Shown: one piece after another, positions 9,490-19,454 of the stretch
Position numbering within the stretch: position 1 is the first letter of the stretch
Layout: the number at the start of each line of letters is the position of its first letter
Sequence record: SRR31156797_179
Strand: one strand, 5' to 3'
Length of the DNA stretch: 64,000 nt
Position numbers and translations under genes: made by a program
Notes under the pieces: model-generated
What the model was told of the DNA's origin: nothing
Seen by the model: only the letters and a program-made list of their open reading frames with translations
Database searches by the model: none

Positions 9490-10368
9490 ATGAGAATATT
9501 TCTGTTTTTAATTATTGTTTTCTCAATTACAGCTTGTAAGGAAAGTCCTTATCCAGCCTACAGTGAAGTTGATGATGGAGCGCTTTATTACAAATTATTA
9601 ATGTTTGGAGATGATAGAACGACTGCCCAACCTGGGGATTACATTACAGCTGATATCGCTTACCAAACAATGGATGATTCCGTATTCTTCAGAGGTAAAA
9701 GAACTTTCCAACTAGGAGAATCTACTTTTAAAGGTAGCATTGAACAGTGTTTTATGATGATGGCTGAAGAAGACAGTGCAAGTTTTATTATCAGTGCTGA
9801 TGGATTATTTCAGAAGACACTTGAGGCCAGTCTACCCTCATTTATACCACCTAATAGTAAGATGAAAGTGGGAATTAGAATGTATATGATTCGTTCTGAA
9901 GCCGATTATAAGAGAGAAAAAGCAGAATTCTTAGCGTGGATAGAAGATTTTGGAGAATACGAGCAAACTGTATTGCGCCATTTTATAGAGGAGAAAAGAA
10001 TTGATATAGAGCCCAGTGAGAGTGGATTATATTTTATTCCACTAAAAGAAGGCAATGGAAGAAAGGTTGAAAAAGGCGATATTGTTACAGTAAATTATGA
10101 AGGTAAATTTTTGAATGGCGAGTTTTTTGACTCTACAGTTGAGCGAAAACAACCATTTGAATTTGTATATGGAACAGAATGGCAAGTTATAAAAGGATTA
10201 GATGAAGCGATAGGTAAAATGCGTAAAGGAGATAAAGCATTGATAATATTGCCATCAGAACTTGCCTGGGGAGCTGATGGTTCAAGCACAGGCATTGTGC
10301 CCCCATTTACATCTGTAATTTATGAAATTGAATTAATTGATGTGAGATCCAGAGAAGAACAGGTTTAA
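9490..10368 (+). CDS. Two-domain FKBP-type PPIase lipoprotein
   Basis: Lipobox ITAC. C-terminal FKBP domain VNYEG...FDS...VIKGLDE...IPP-like; degenerate N-terminal FKBP-like domain. TATTTTTG at 9462-9469. Confidence 0.9.
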   Translation: MRIFLFLIIVFSITACKESPYPAYSEVDDGALYYKLLMFGDDRTTAQPGDYITADIAYQTMDDSVFFRGKRTFQLGESTFKGSIEQCFMMMAEEDSASFIISADGLFQKTLEASLPSFIPPNSKMKVGIRMYMIRSEADYKREKAEFLAWIEDFGEYEQTVLRHFIEEKRIDIEPSESGLYFIPLKEGNGRKVEKGDIVTVNYEGKFLNGEFFDSTVERKQPFEFVYGTEWQVIKGLDEAIGKMRKGDKALIILPSELAWGADGSSTGIVPPFTSVIYEIELIDVRSREEQV

Positions 10369-10386
10369 TTTTAAAATTTTATATCG

Positions 10387-11241
10387 ATGAGAAGAATTAG
10401 TATTGCGTTGATGATTATTTCATTAACCATGCTTTTTGCATGTGAAGGAGAAAAATTAGAGTTTAAAACGCATGGAACTGGTTTCCAATATGCTTTTGTT
10501 GAACGATCTGAGGCTGGTTTATCACCACGTGTAGGTGACATTGCCACCTTGAAAATTTCTATTCAGGCTCCTAATGACACTATCATAAAAAGAGCTAATT
10601 ATTTCAGAGTTCAGGTCAATAAATCTAAATTTAAAGGAAGTATTGATGATGCTTTACAGTTTATGCACGAAGGTGATAGTATCATATTTTTAATTGATGC
10701 TTTGAAATATTATAAGCATTATGAGAATAAGGTGGTACCATCATATTTGAAAAATGGCGATTTACTTAGATTTAGTATCCGGATGGTTGATGTTAAAAGT
10801 ATGAAGGAGATTGAGCAAGAGCGTACGCTGAAGCAAATTAGTGGTGATAAACAAGAGATTATTGCATTGAAAAAGTTCCTTGCTAGAGCCGCAATAGAGG
10901 ATTCAGTAACTCTGGATCAAATATATGTGAAAACCCTTCGCAAAGCTAACGGTGCAAGTCCCAAAATGGGTAATCGTGTTTCTGTGCATTATTTCGGATA
11001 TTTTGTTGATGGAAGTACTTTTGATAATTCATATGAAAGAGGTAAACCTTTTGATTTCACGCTTGGTGGCAATCAGGTTATCAAAGGTTTGGAGCAAGGT
11101 GTTATGAAAATGAAAGTAGGAGAGAAAGCTACCATAGTAATTCCTTCCGCTTTAGCTTATGGTGAAGAAGGAATGCCAAGAGCTAAAATTGCACCATATA
11201 CAACATTAGTTTTCGATGTAGAATTATTGGAGATAAAATAG
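10387..11241 (+). CDS. Two-domain FKBP-type PPIase lipoprotein
   Basis: Lipobox LFAC; VHYFG, FDNSYERGKPF, VIKGLEQG, LAYG and LVFDVEL. Confidence 0.9.
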   Translation: MRRISIALMIISLTMLFACEGEKLEFKTHGTGFQYAFVERSEAGLSPRVGDIATLKISIQAPNDTIIKRANYFRVQVNKSKFKGSIDDALQFMHEGDSIIFLIDALKYYKHYENKVVPSYLKNGDLLRFSIRMVDVKSMKEIEQERTLKQISGDKQEIIALKKFLARAAIEDSVTLDQIYVKTLRKANGASPKMGNRVSVHYFGYFVDGSTFDNSYERGKPFDFTLGGNQVIKGLEQGVMKMKVGEKATIVIPSALAYGEEGMPRAKIAPYTTLVFDVELLEIK

Positions 11242-11254
11242 TCAGTTTTATATC

Positions 11255-11295
11255 AAAAAATAAGGCCGTCACATTAGTTTGTGACGGCCTTATTT
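11255..11295. terminator. Bidirectional intrinsic terminator
   Basis: AAATAAGGCCGTCACA-TTAGTT-TGTGACGGCCTTATTT perfect stem between convergent genes. Confidence 0.9.
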
Positions 11296-11317
11296 ACTTT
11301 TATATATGGGTTATTAA

Positions 11318-13762
11318 TTATTTTTCAGCCTTACTTTTCGAATTAAATAGATTGATTTTTAATTCTCTGGCCAATACTGTTACTATGAATATCAACAGTA
11401 TGAAGGAGCTACCTAAGGCAATTTGTCTACCAGTGTAATATGATCTTGGTTTAAATTCAAACACAATTTCATGTTCGCCTGCCGGAACTTCTAAACCTCT
11501 CAATATATAATTTACCCTTATGTGCTCAGTTGGTTTTCCGTCTATAGTAACTTCCCATCCCTCAGGGTAGTGGATTTCTGAGAATACGGCCATTTGCTTT
11601 GTACTTGTTTTAGCCTTGTATTCCATACGTTTGGGATCATATTTCGTGAGTACAATATTTGCCATTGAGTCTTTTTTGTAATCTCCGGTAATATGTTCTG
11701 TAAAACGTTGATCTACAATTGCTGTTTGTGTCGGTTCAAAATCATAAAGTGCTTTGATTTCTTCATCAGCATTAGCTACTACTTCAGTATTGGCAACAAA
11801 CCATGCATTACCCATTGCGCCGGGATTTCTTTGGGCAATCAGTTTTTTCTCATTGTTTTGAGCAATAAAATATTTGGTATTCAGCATGTTGAATACTTTT
11901 ATATTTCCTTGCATTAAATGATAATTAATAATCTCCTGGTACCTTTGCATTTTTGCTCCATGGTATCCACCCAGACTATTGTGGAAATATGATGTTCTGG
12001 AGTCTTTATCCAGATCAGCCAGGGTATTGTATACACGATAATATGATTTGTCCTGCATAATTTGTTTATCCACTCTACTGGCTGTAAAAGGTTGTTCAAC
12101 CTTACGCTCGCGTACAAAATTATCATCGTTGATATAGCGGGTGTTGATTGGCCACATATCAATAATGAAAAGCAAGCCCAATGCAGCAATAAAGTATTGC
12201 ATTTTTAGCTTTTGTGTAAGGTATACCCAAACCACACCGGCTGTCAATAAAACAAATATAAGCGAACGGAAAGCATCACTTCGTACAAGAGTAGCTCTAT
12301 CGCTGACAATGGCATTGATTAATTGTTGGTTGCCTAATTGCTTATCAGCAGGGGAGGTGAAGTCACTTAATAAACCCGGAAATACAGAGAATATCAGGGC
12401 AATACCACCGATAATACCAACAGAATATTTTAGGGCATTAATAATTCTTTTTTTGTCAATTTCTTTGGTTATAATTTGCTGTATGGCGAGAATTGCCATT
12501 AATGGAACGGTAAAGTTAGCAATTACCAGTGTCATACTTACGGTACGGAACTTATCATACATAGGGAAATAATCAATAAATAGTTCTGTAAACCACATAA
12601 AATGTCTTCCCCATGATAGCATAATAGCCAGAATTGTGGCAGTCAATAGCCACCATTTTAGTTTGCCTCTAAGTACGAAAAGTGAGAAAACAAATAGCAG
12701 CATGATACCTGCTCCAAAGTATACCGGACCAGCAGTAAATGGTTGGTCGCCAAAGTATAGTGGCAAGTATTGAACATATTTCTTAGCCTGGGCCGGACCA
12801 TAGCTTTGTTTTAATAATTTATATGTTTCTGAATCTTCATCTAAACTTCCATGAGAAGATCCTCCAACGATATTCGGTATTAGCAGTGAGAGTGTTTCAT
12901 CAATACCATAAGACCATGCTGTAATGTAATCTTTATCCAGTCCGCCTTTCGATTGATTTTCAGCATTGGCCGTTAATTCACTTTTACCACGAATGGAATA
13001 ATCACCATATTCAGATGTCATCCACAATTTTGTACTATCACTACCTAAAACTAACAAGGCAATTACTGCCAGTAAAGCAGATTTTTTAAGGAAAGGAACA
13101 ATATTGAATGGTTTTAATGCTTTAATAAATTCTGTAATTCCAATGATGATAATTACCAAAGCTGTGTAGTAGGTAATCTGCGGGTGGAATGCTTTAAGTT
13201 GCAGTCCCAGGAAGAGGGCTGTCATGGCCAATCCCAGCCACATTTTCTTTCGATAGGTATGGTAAACGCCGGCAATAACTCCCGGCAAATAAGCAATAGC
13301 CACCGCTTTGGTCATGTGTCCAACCCCCAGTATGATGAAGTAATAGGACGAGAAAGCATATGCAATGGCACCTGCCATACTCAGCCATGGGTTAACTCCA
13401 AATGCCAATAGTGCCAAATAAAAACTAAGTAAGGCTATAAAAACGTATGAGGCAGGTCTGCTTCCAATTTGTAATAATTGGTTGACATATAAAAAGAGAT
13501 TATTCTTTAATTTCACTGAAATCAAATAGGCCGGCATTCCGCCAAATAAGCGGTTAGTCCATAGCGCCTCTTCGTTACTTTGTTCTCTGTAATCAACCAG
13601 TTCTTTTGATGTGCCTATGAAATGAGATACATCACTTGATTCTAATTTTTTCCCTTCTAGCTGAGGTGAAAAATAAGCATATGATAGAATTAAAAATAAA
13701 ACAACTGCCACTGCATGAGGTAGCGCTTTTTTTAGTATTTCATTCAATTTAGTTTTGTCCAT
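11318..13762 (-). CDS. YfhO-family multi-pass membrane protein (predicted GT-C glycosyltransferase)
   Basis: About 13 TM helices; LWTN.LFGGMPAY, H.QITYY, GGYHGAK and FSEIHYP.GW...RVNYILRG. Confidence 0.85.
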   Translation of the reverse strand: MDKTKLNEILKKALPHAVAVVLFLILSYAYFSPQLEGKKLESSDVSHFIGTSKELVDYREQSNEEALWTNRLFGGMPAYLISVKLKNNLFLYVNQLLQIGSRPASYVFIALLSFYLALLAFGVNPWLSMAGAIAYAFSSYYFIILGVGHMTKAVAIAYLPGVIAGVYHTYRKKMWLGLAMTALFLGLQLKAFHPQITYYTALVIIIIGITEFIKALKPFNIVPFLKKSALLAVIALLVLGSDSTKLWMTSEYGDYSIRGKSELTANAENQSKGGLDKDYITAWSYGIDETLSLLIPNIVGGSSHGSLDEDSETYKLLKQSYGPAQAKKYVQYLPLYFGDQPFTAGPVYFGAGIMLLFVFSLFVLRGKLKWWLLTATILAIMLSWGRHFMWFTELFIDYFPMYDKFRTVSMTLVIANFTVPLMAILAIQQIITKEIDKKRIINALKYSVGIIGGIALIFSVFPGLLSDFTSPADKQLGNQQLINAIVSDRATLVRSDAFRSLIFVLLTAGVVWVYLTQKLKMQYFIAALGLLFIIDMWPINTRYINDDNFVRERKVEQPFTASRVDKQIMQDKSYYRVYNTLADLDKDSRTSYFHNSLGGYHGAKMQRYQEIINYHLMQGNIKVFNMLNTKYFIAQNNEKKLIAQRNPGAMGNAWFVANTEVVANADEEIKALYDFEPTQTAIVDQRFTEHITGDYKKDSMANIVLTKYDPKRMEYKAKTSTKQMAVFSEIHYPEGWEVTIDGKPTEHIRVNYILRGLEVPAGEHEIVFEFKPRSYYTGRQIALGSSFILLIFIVTVLARELKINLFNSKSKAEK

Positions 13763-14127
13763 ATTACAGGTGCTTTGGTTGATATTTTAAATAGCGAACA
13801 TACATTTTTTTTGTCAATTTTCCTGATAGATTGCTTAATTATTGTTTCCAGAATTATCTATGTTGAACTTTTAGTTTTTGTTGGTTATTGTGAATATGGT
13901 GCATTATTTCAGAATTCGATGGGTTGTTTTTATGAATTTACTATCTAAAATAGCTACGTGTTTTTAACTGATAGCTACTAAATTGTATAATAAAAGTGTT
14001 AGTTTTGTTGGTTATTTGAGTTCTGATGTATTAAAACATACAATTCATTTCTTGATAACATAATTATTTGACTTTTTTTGTGTTCTAATTTGGATGTGGG
14101 TTTAGAAAAGAATAAAAGCATTAAAAA

Positions 14128-15615
14128 TTGAGAAAGTATATAAAAGAAATAGGCTCTCACAGTGCCATTTATTCAATATCAAATATTTTAACCAAAGCAC
14201 TTGGGATAATTTTAATTCCTGTGTATACAGCTTATCTTACGGTTGAAGATTATGGCATAATTTCTATTGTTTCTCCCTTGGCTGCAGCTTTGGCTGTATT
14301 TTATAGATTTGGATTACGATCAGGGTATGGCCGCTTCTTTTTTGATTATAAAGACAGATCAAAAGAACAAAAACAATTACTAGGTTCCATTACTTTATTT
14401 GTGCTTAGTATTGGTTTAATTTTTAGTCTTGCTTTAAGCTTTTTTGGAAAACCCATATTTGATAAATACTTTCCGGGAGTTGATTTTTATCCCTATGTGA
14501 TTTTAGGTATTTGGATTAGCTATTTTTTGTTAGCTTATGATTTGAAACTTAATTTGTTCAGATTAAGGCGTCAGCCAATTTACTACGGTATTTTTAGTTT
14601 TATGAAGTTCCTTACTATACTGGTATTAACCATTATTGCGGTGGTAGGGCTAAATTATGGTGCCCTGGGTAAAATAGGAGCTGAGTTTATCACGGTTGCC
14701 GTATTTTTTGTACTTGCCGTGGTTCTGTTATGGAAAGATATTAGTTTCAAAATAAATTTCAGAAAACTAGTTCCGGTACTCAAATACTCTATTCCGCTTA
14801 TTCCTCACGATTTAGCAGCTATCATAATGGGACTTTCAGCCAAGTTTTTTATAAACCTGAATCTTGGAACTGCAGCTGCAGGAATTTATAATATCGCTTT
14901 TCTTATTGGGACCATTATGAATATTATAATTACTTCAGTAAACCTTTCCTGGAATCCATTCTTTATGAGTACGGCTAAAGAAAAAACCAGGGAAGAAGCT
15001 TCCTTAATATTCTCAAAATTAACTACTTATTATACAATGGCCATTGTGTTTATTGGACTTGTAGTTACTATTTTTTCACAGGAAGCAATAATGATACTGA
15101 CCAATGAAAAGTATTATGCTGCCATTAAGATTGCGCCCATAATTGTTTTAAGTTACATATTGAGAGGTGGTTATTATATTGTAGTAGCGAAAATATTTTA
15201 TGTCAAAAAAGCGACTAAATACCTGGCATTAATTACGCTCAGTAGTGCCATAGTCGACATAATTTTAAATGCAATACTTGTACCCTGGTTAGGAATGCTT
15301 GGTAGTGCTATTTCTTTTTCGCTTACATCCTTCATATTGTTTACCTTAACTTATTTCGTTTCTCAAAAGGTATACTACATCAAATATGATTATAAAAGGC
15401 TCTTTATAATATTTATGATAGCACTTGTGGTGATTACAGGATTCATTTTAATTCTGCTATTTATTTCAAATCTTGTATGGGCTATAGTTGCAAAAGTTTT
15501 CTTAATATCACTGTATATTCTCCTTTTATTTTCATTGAGATTTTTAACAAAATCAGAGATTTCGAACTTAAAGGATATTTTACAGAAGATTAAAAAGAGA
15601 AAGAACAAAAAATGA
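14128..15615 (+). CDS. Polysaccharide flippase (Wzx/RfbX family)
   Basis: LIPVYTAYLTVEDYG, GIYNIA and LNAILVPWLGMLGSA; about 14 TM helices; TTG start. Confidence 0.88.
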   Translation: MRKYIKEIGSHSAIYSISNILTKALGIILIPVYTAYLTVEDYGIISIVSPLAAALAVFYRFGLRSGYGRFFFDYKDRSKEQKQLLGSITLFVLSIGLIFSLALSFFGKPIFDKYFPGVDFYPYVILGIWISYFLLAYDLKLNLFRLRRQPIYYGIFSFMKFLTILVLTIIAVVGLNYGALGKIGAEFITVAVFFVLAVVLLWKDISFKINFRKLVPVLKYSIPLIPHDLAAIIMGLSAKFFINLNLGTAAAGIYNIAFLIGTIMNIIITSVNLSWNPFFMSTAKEKTREEASLIFSKLTTYYTMAIVFIGLVVTIFSQEAIMILTNEKYYAAIKIAPIIVLSYILRGGYYIVVAKIFYVKKATKYLALITLSSAIVDIILNAILVPWLGMLGSAISFSLTSFILFTLTYFVSQKVYYIKYDYKRLFIIFMIALVVITGFILILLFISNLVWAIVAKVFLISLYILLLFSLRFLTKSEISNLKDILQKIKKRKNKK

Positions 15616-15622
15616 TTTTTGT

Positions 15623-17227
15623 ATGTACGTTGCGTTGAATGAAAATAAAATTGTTGTTGAGGGACTTAGATCGCATGGTGATGTTAAGCTATATTTTAGA
15701 GGGTATGCTATTTGGAATGATGCTTTGTATTTTGATGATGAATTTGACCAAATAATCGTTGAGCATATTAAAGAAGGCAATTTTGAGAAATTCCTGCCTC
15801 AATATAATGGGATCTATAATTTGGTTTTCATATACAAAAATGAAGCAACAGTTGCTACTGATAGATGGGGAATTGACCCTCTGTATTATAAAGAAGGAAA
15901 TAATGCTTTGATTATTTCAGATGAGTATGAAAAGTTGAAAAGTAATGCTTCTGATTATAATAAAGATAATTTACTTCAGTTGCTTTCTTTTGGTTTTGTA
16001 TTTGGCGACAATACTGTAATTGATGATATAAAAGAGTTTTCACCTCATAGCATTTTTAATCTGAGATTTCAGGAAGATAAGATTCAGAAAGATCCAAAGA
16101 GTTACTGGGAGCTTAAATTATCATTACCTAAGAAAGCGAGACGAAATCTTGAGAAAGAGTTTGTGGAAATATGGGAGAAGCAAATATCAATTTATACGGA
16201 TTATATTCAATCGAAAGAGAAAATGGTTTATATGCCATTTTCAGGTGGTTTAGATTGCCGCATAATTGCACACGAACTGGACAAAAAGAATATTGGTTTG
16301 CACGCCATGACCTATGGGCTGGAGGGAAATGATGAAATTGTATCAGCAAAAAATGCACTTTCTCATTTAAGCAATGTAAAGGAGCATTATATTTTAGAAC
16401 TAAATAAGTCAGTTACTCCTGATTTATTTTCATTTAAGAAAATGAAGCACAGGTATTCTTGTGCATTTCCTTCTGAATTGCTGCATTATTATTCAAAAGT
16501 AAATGATGATAGTGGATTTATAATTACCGGATTCTCAGGAGATTTTATGGCTGGTAGCCATATCAAACAAAAAATGTATTTGTGGAAGAACAAACAAGAT
16601 ATTGTTTCTCATATTTTGAATTTTAAGTCGCCACCTTTTGTAAAACAACAGATATCTGAATCTCACGAGTTTAAAGAAAGAATTACTGAACAATTAGCAA
16701 AAGAAATTCCGGATGCCGAAAATCTTCTCTCATCATTTATTAGATGGGATGTTGAGCAGAGGCAACGTAAATATATAGCACGATCGGCTTTTCAGAATGA
16801 GCAAAATACGAATGCCAGGGTTTTATTGCCATTTTTCGATTATAAACTGATGGATTTCTTTTTGAATTTACCACTCTCTGAGCTTTTAAACGCACGTTTA
16901 TACACAAACTGTCAGGTGAAATATTTATATAAATCTAATCCGGCTGTAATCCGCGCTGAGCGAAATGGTAAAACGCAAAAGGTTATTAGAAACAACTTTT
17001 TGTATGAGTATAAACCCAAATTAGCCAAAGTAATTAAGCAATTTCTGGGTGTATATAAACCTAAACGGGAAAATATCTACAAGGATTTGGATTACAATTG
17101 GTTAGGTGAGCAATTAAATGTGCCGGAACAAATCAGTAAGCACAATTACCAAACAATTAGATATCAGTTAAATAAATTATATTTGTATTCAATTTCTGAA
17201 GCAGTTAAAACATTTGAACGTAAGTAG
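15623..17227 (+). CDS. Asparagine synthetase B-like amide ligase lacking the N-terminal catalytic Cys
   Basis: TDRWGIDPLYY, PP-loop FSGGLDCR, TGFSGD and LPFFD. No Cys at position 2. Confidence 0.75.
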   Translation: MYVALNENKIVVEGLRSHGDVKLYFRGYAIWNDALYFDDEFDQIIVEHIKEGNFEKFLPQYNGIYNLVFIYKNEATVATDRWGIDPLYYKEGNNALIISDEYEKLKSNASDYNKDNLLQLLSFGFVFGDNTVIDDIKEFSPHSIFNLRFQEDKIQKDPKSYWELKLSLPKKARRNLEKEFVEIWEKQISIYTDYIQSKEKMVYMPFSGGLDCRIIAHELDKKNIGLHAMTYGLEGNDEIVSAKNALSHLSNVKEHYILELNKSVTPDLFSFKKMKHRYSCAFPSELLHYYSKVNDDSGFIITGFSGDFMAGSHIKQKMYLWKNKQDIVSHILNFKSPPFVKQQISESHEFKERITEQLAKEIPDAENLLSSFIRWDVEQRQRKYIARSAFQNEQNTNARVLLPFFDYKLMDFFLNLPLSELLNARLYTNCQVKYLYKSNPAVIRAERNGKTQKVIRNNFLYEYKPKLAKVIKQFLGVYKPKRENIYKDLDYNWLGEQLNVPEQISKHNYQTIRYQLNKLYLYSISEAVKTFERK

Positions 17228-17229
17228 GC

Positions 17230-18363
17230 ATGGTGATTGGATTTTTGGGAGATTTAGTTCTGTCGGACAAGTTGCAAATTGATGATGAGCTCAAAAAACG
17301 TCTTTTAGCTACAGATTTTAATGTGGCCAACCTGGAGGCACCTTTCGTACAAAATCACACTAAAAGTCAAAAGCCATTTAAGCGTTTACACCATCATGTA
17401 AATAATTGTGATATTTTGAAACAGCTAAACATTGAAGTTGTTTCTTTAGCCAATAATCACATTTTCGATTATGGACAGGAAGCTTTTGATTTTACATTAG
17501 AATTGCTCCATAAAGAAGGAATAGATTTTTTTGGCGTAACAAGTCAGGATATTATTGCAGATTTAATTCATGTAATAAAAAAAGAAGAGATAACTATAGC
17601 CATTGGCGGATTTGTTTCACCTTATCTGTTGAAAGGAATATCGTCAAAAAACAGGAAATTCCTGGGAGCTGCTAAAATCTCCAATATGCAGCAAAGTCTT
17701 ATGTCCGTTGAAGCTGATGTTAAAATTTTATATAACCACTGGAACAGTGAATTTGAGTTTTATCCTGAGCCATTGAACAAACAGATGGCAGAAACAATTA
17801 TAAAAGACTGCGATTTACTTATAGGAAGTCATTCTCATACTTTTCAAGGCATTTACACTTATAAAGGAAAGACTATTTTCAATAGTTTGGGAAATTTTTC
17901 AATACCACATAAAGGTTATTTTGATGGTGATTTGGGTGTTTATCCGGACTACAGCTACGAGTCGTTTTTCACATTGATTGATTTTAAAACCCAGGGTGGA
18001 AAGATTGATATCAAATATGAGATAGTACCCTATCAAATTTCAAAAGATGGGGTTACGCTTTCGTCATTAGATCAGGAAAAAGCTGCATTATTTCAGAATA
18101 AATTAGAAAAATATACAAATCCACTTCAGCTTTCTGATAAAGAATATAAGGCATTCTTTAAGTCAAATCGCAATTTCAAATCAAGGCCTGTTTTACTTAA
18201 AAATGAGTTTTCAAATAGGATAAGGTTGTTTTTCTATTACTTTTTAAAGGGTATTGTGAGGAACACATCCTTATTTTTTGCTCGTATGCTTGACTTTTTA
18301 GGAATAAGAAAATTTATAAGGCGCCGATTTGCATTTTTAATAGATAAAATATTTAAGATATGA
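17230..18363 (+). CDS. CapA/PgsA family (PGA_cap) metallophosphoesterase-fold protein
   Basis: GDL, NLEAP, SLANNHIFDYG, HW..E, GSHSH and SLGNF. Confidence 0.85.
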   Translation: MVIGFLGDLVLSDKLQIDDELKKRLLATDFNVANLEAPFVQNHTKSQKPFKRLHHHVNNCDILKQLNIEVVSLANNHIFDYGQEAFDFTLELLHKEGIDFFGVTSQDIIADLIHVIKKEEITIAIGGFVSPYLLKGISSKNRKFLGAAKISNMQQSLMSVEADVKILYNHWNSEFEFYPEPLNKQMAETIIKDCDLLIGSHSHTFQGIYTYKGKTIFNSLGNFSIPHKGYFDGDLGVYPDYSYESFFTLIDFKTQGGKIDIKYEIVPYQISKDGVTLSSLDQEKAALFQNKLEKYTNPLQLSDKEYKAFFKSNRNFKSRPVLLKNEFSNRIRLFFYYFLKGIVRNTSLFFARMLDFLGIRKFIRRRFAFLIDKIFKI

Positions 18364-19373
18364 GTTGTGAGAATCCGATAATACTTGGCGGAGCAGGAAG
18401 CTCAGGGAGCACCTTATTAATCACTCTGCTCAGCAGACATCCGGAGATAGTTGCTGGTCCTGAGTTATCAATTTTAAACAAGAAATTATTCTTTGATTAT
18501 ACAAACGATATCAGCCCTTCGAAAGCTAAAAAACTAATAAATCATAAGGTGTCCAGCAATGGTTGGGTGTTATATCCTAAAGTATATTTTAACGAGTATG
18601 GTTTTACGAATGAACAGGTATATAAACTATTACTCAATTCTGAAAATACTAAATCCTTTCTGGATTCTTTTTTTCAGGAATATATGAAGGATAAACAAGG
18701 AAGCATTTGGGCCGAAAAAACACCATCAAACTCATATTGCTTTAAGGAGATAAAAGCAACCTATCCCAAAGCTCGACTTATACACATTTACAGAGATGGG
18801 AGAGATGTGGTAACTTCATTTGTTAAGCGCAATTGGTCTCCATATTATGCTACAATGACCTGGATTTATAATACTTCATTGGCGCTGCAATATCATGGTC
18901 ATCCGGATTATTATGGTCTTAAATACGAGGATTTGGTAGCAAATCCGGAGAATGAAATGAAAAAGCTTTGTGATTTCCTGAAGTTAGACTATTCTGAGAA
19001 AATGTTGATTTCAGAACAAAAGGAAGATAACGGTATAAACTCATGGAACAACAAACCGGGTGGCTCTATAAGTAGCTCATCAATAGGTAAATATAAGGAC
19101 TTCCTCAAAGACTTTTATGCATATGTATTCTATCATTCTATCATAAGTAAATCACATGTTGATTTACATGGTTTGAAATACACAAAAGCGAGTGAATTGC
19201 TTAAGTTTTTAGACTATGAAGTTGATGAGAAGCAGATAGCATCATTTGAAGAGAACAACAAAAATATGGATAGGAAGCTAGTTAAATTAATACGCCAGGA
19301 TAAATTGAAAAGGATGAAAACATTGATGTTAAAAGACAGAAGGTTATTTCCTTATCCCGGATCAAAATTTTAG
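18360..19373 (+). CDS. Sulfotransferase family protein
   Basis: 5'-PSB loop GGAGSSGSTLL, WAEKTP, 3'-PB motif HIYRDGRDVVTS and KYEDLV. Confidence 0.85.
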   Translation: MSCENPIILGGAGSSGSTLLITLLSRHPEIVAGPELSILNKKLFFDYTNDISPSKAKKLINHKVSSNGWVLYPKVYFNEYGFTNEQVYKLLLNSENTKSFLDSFFQEYMKDKQGSIWAEKTPSNSYCFKEIKATYPKARLIHIYRDGRDVVTSFVKRNWSPYYATMTWIYNTSLALQYHGHPDYYGLKYEDLVANPENEMKKLCDFLKLDYSEKMLISEQKEDNGINSWNNKPGGSISSSSIGKYKDFLKDFYAYVFYHSIISKSHVDLHGLKYTKASELLKFLDYEVDEKQIASFEENNKNMDRKLVKLIRQDKLKRMKTLMLKDRRLFPYPGSKF

Positions 19374-19454
19374 CTTAAGAAATGGAAGATTTGGTACCTG
19401 AAAATAGAATAAAGACCCAAATCTTTTAAATGCCAATTAAATAGACGCATAGGT

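Noticed and set aside
17230-18363. Poly-gamma-glutamate capsule locus
   Set aside because: Only a CapA-family gene is present; no capB/capC in the window.
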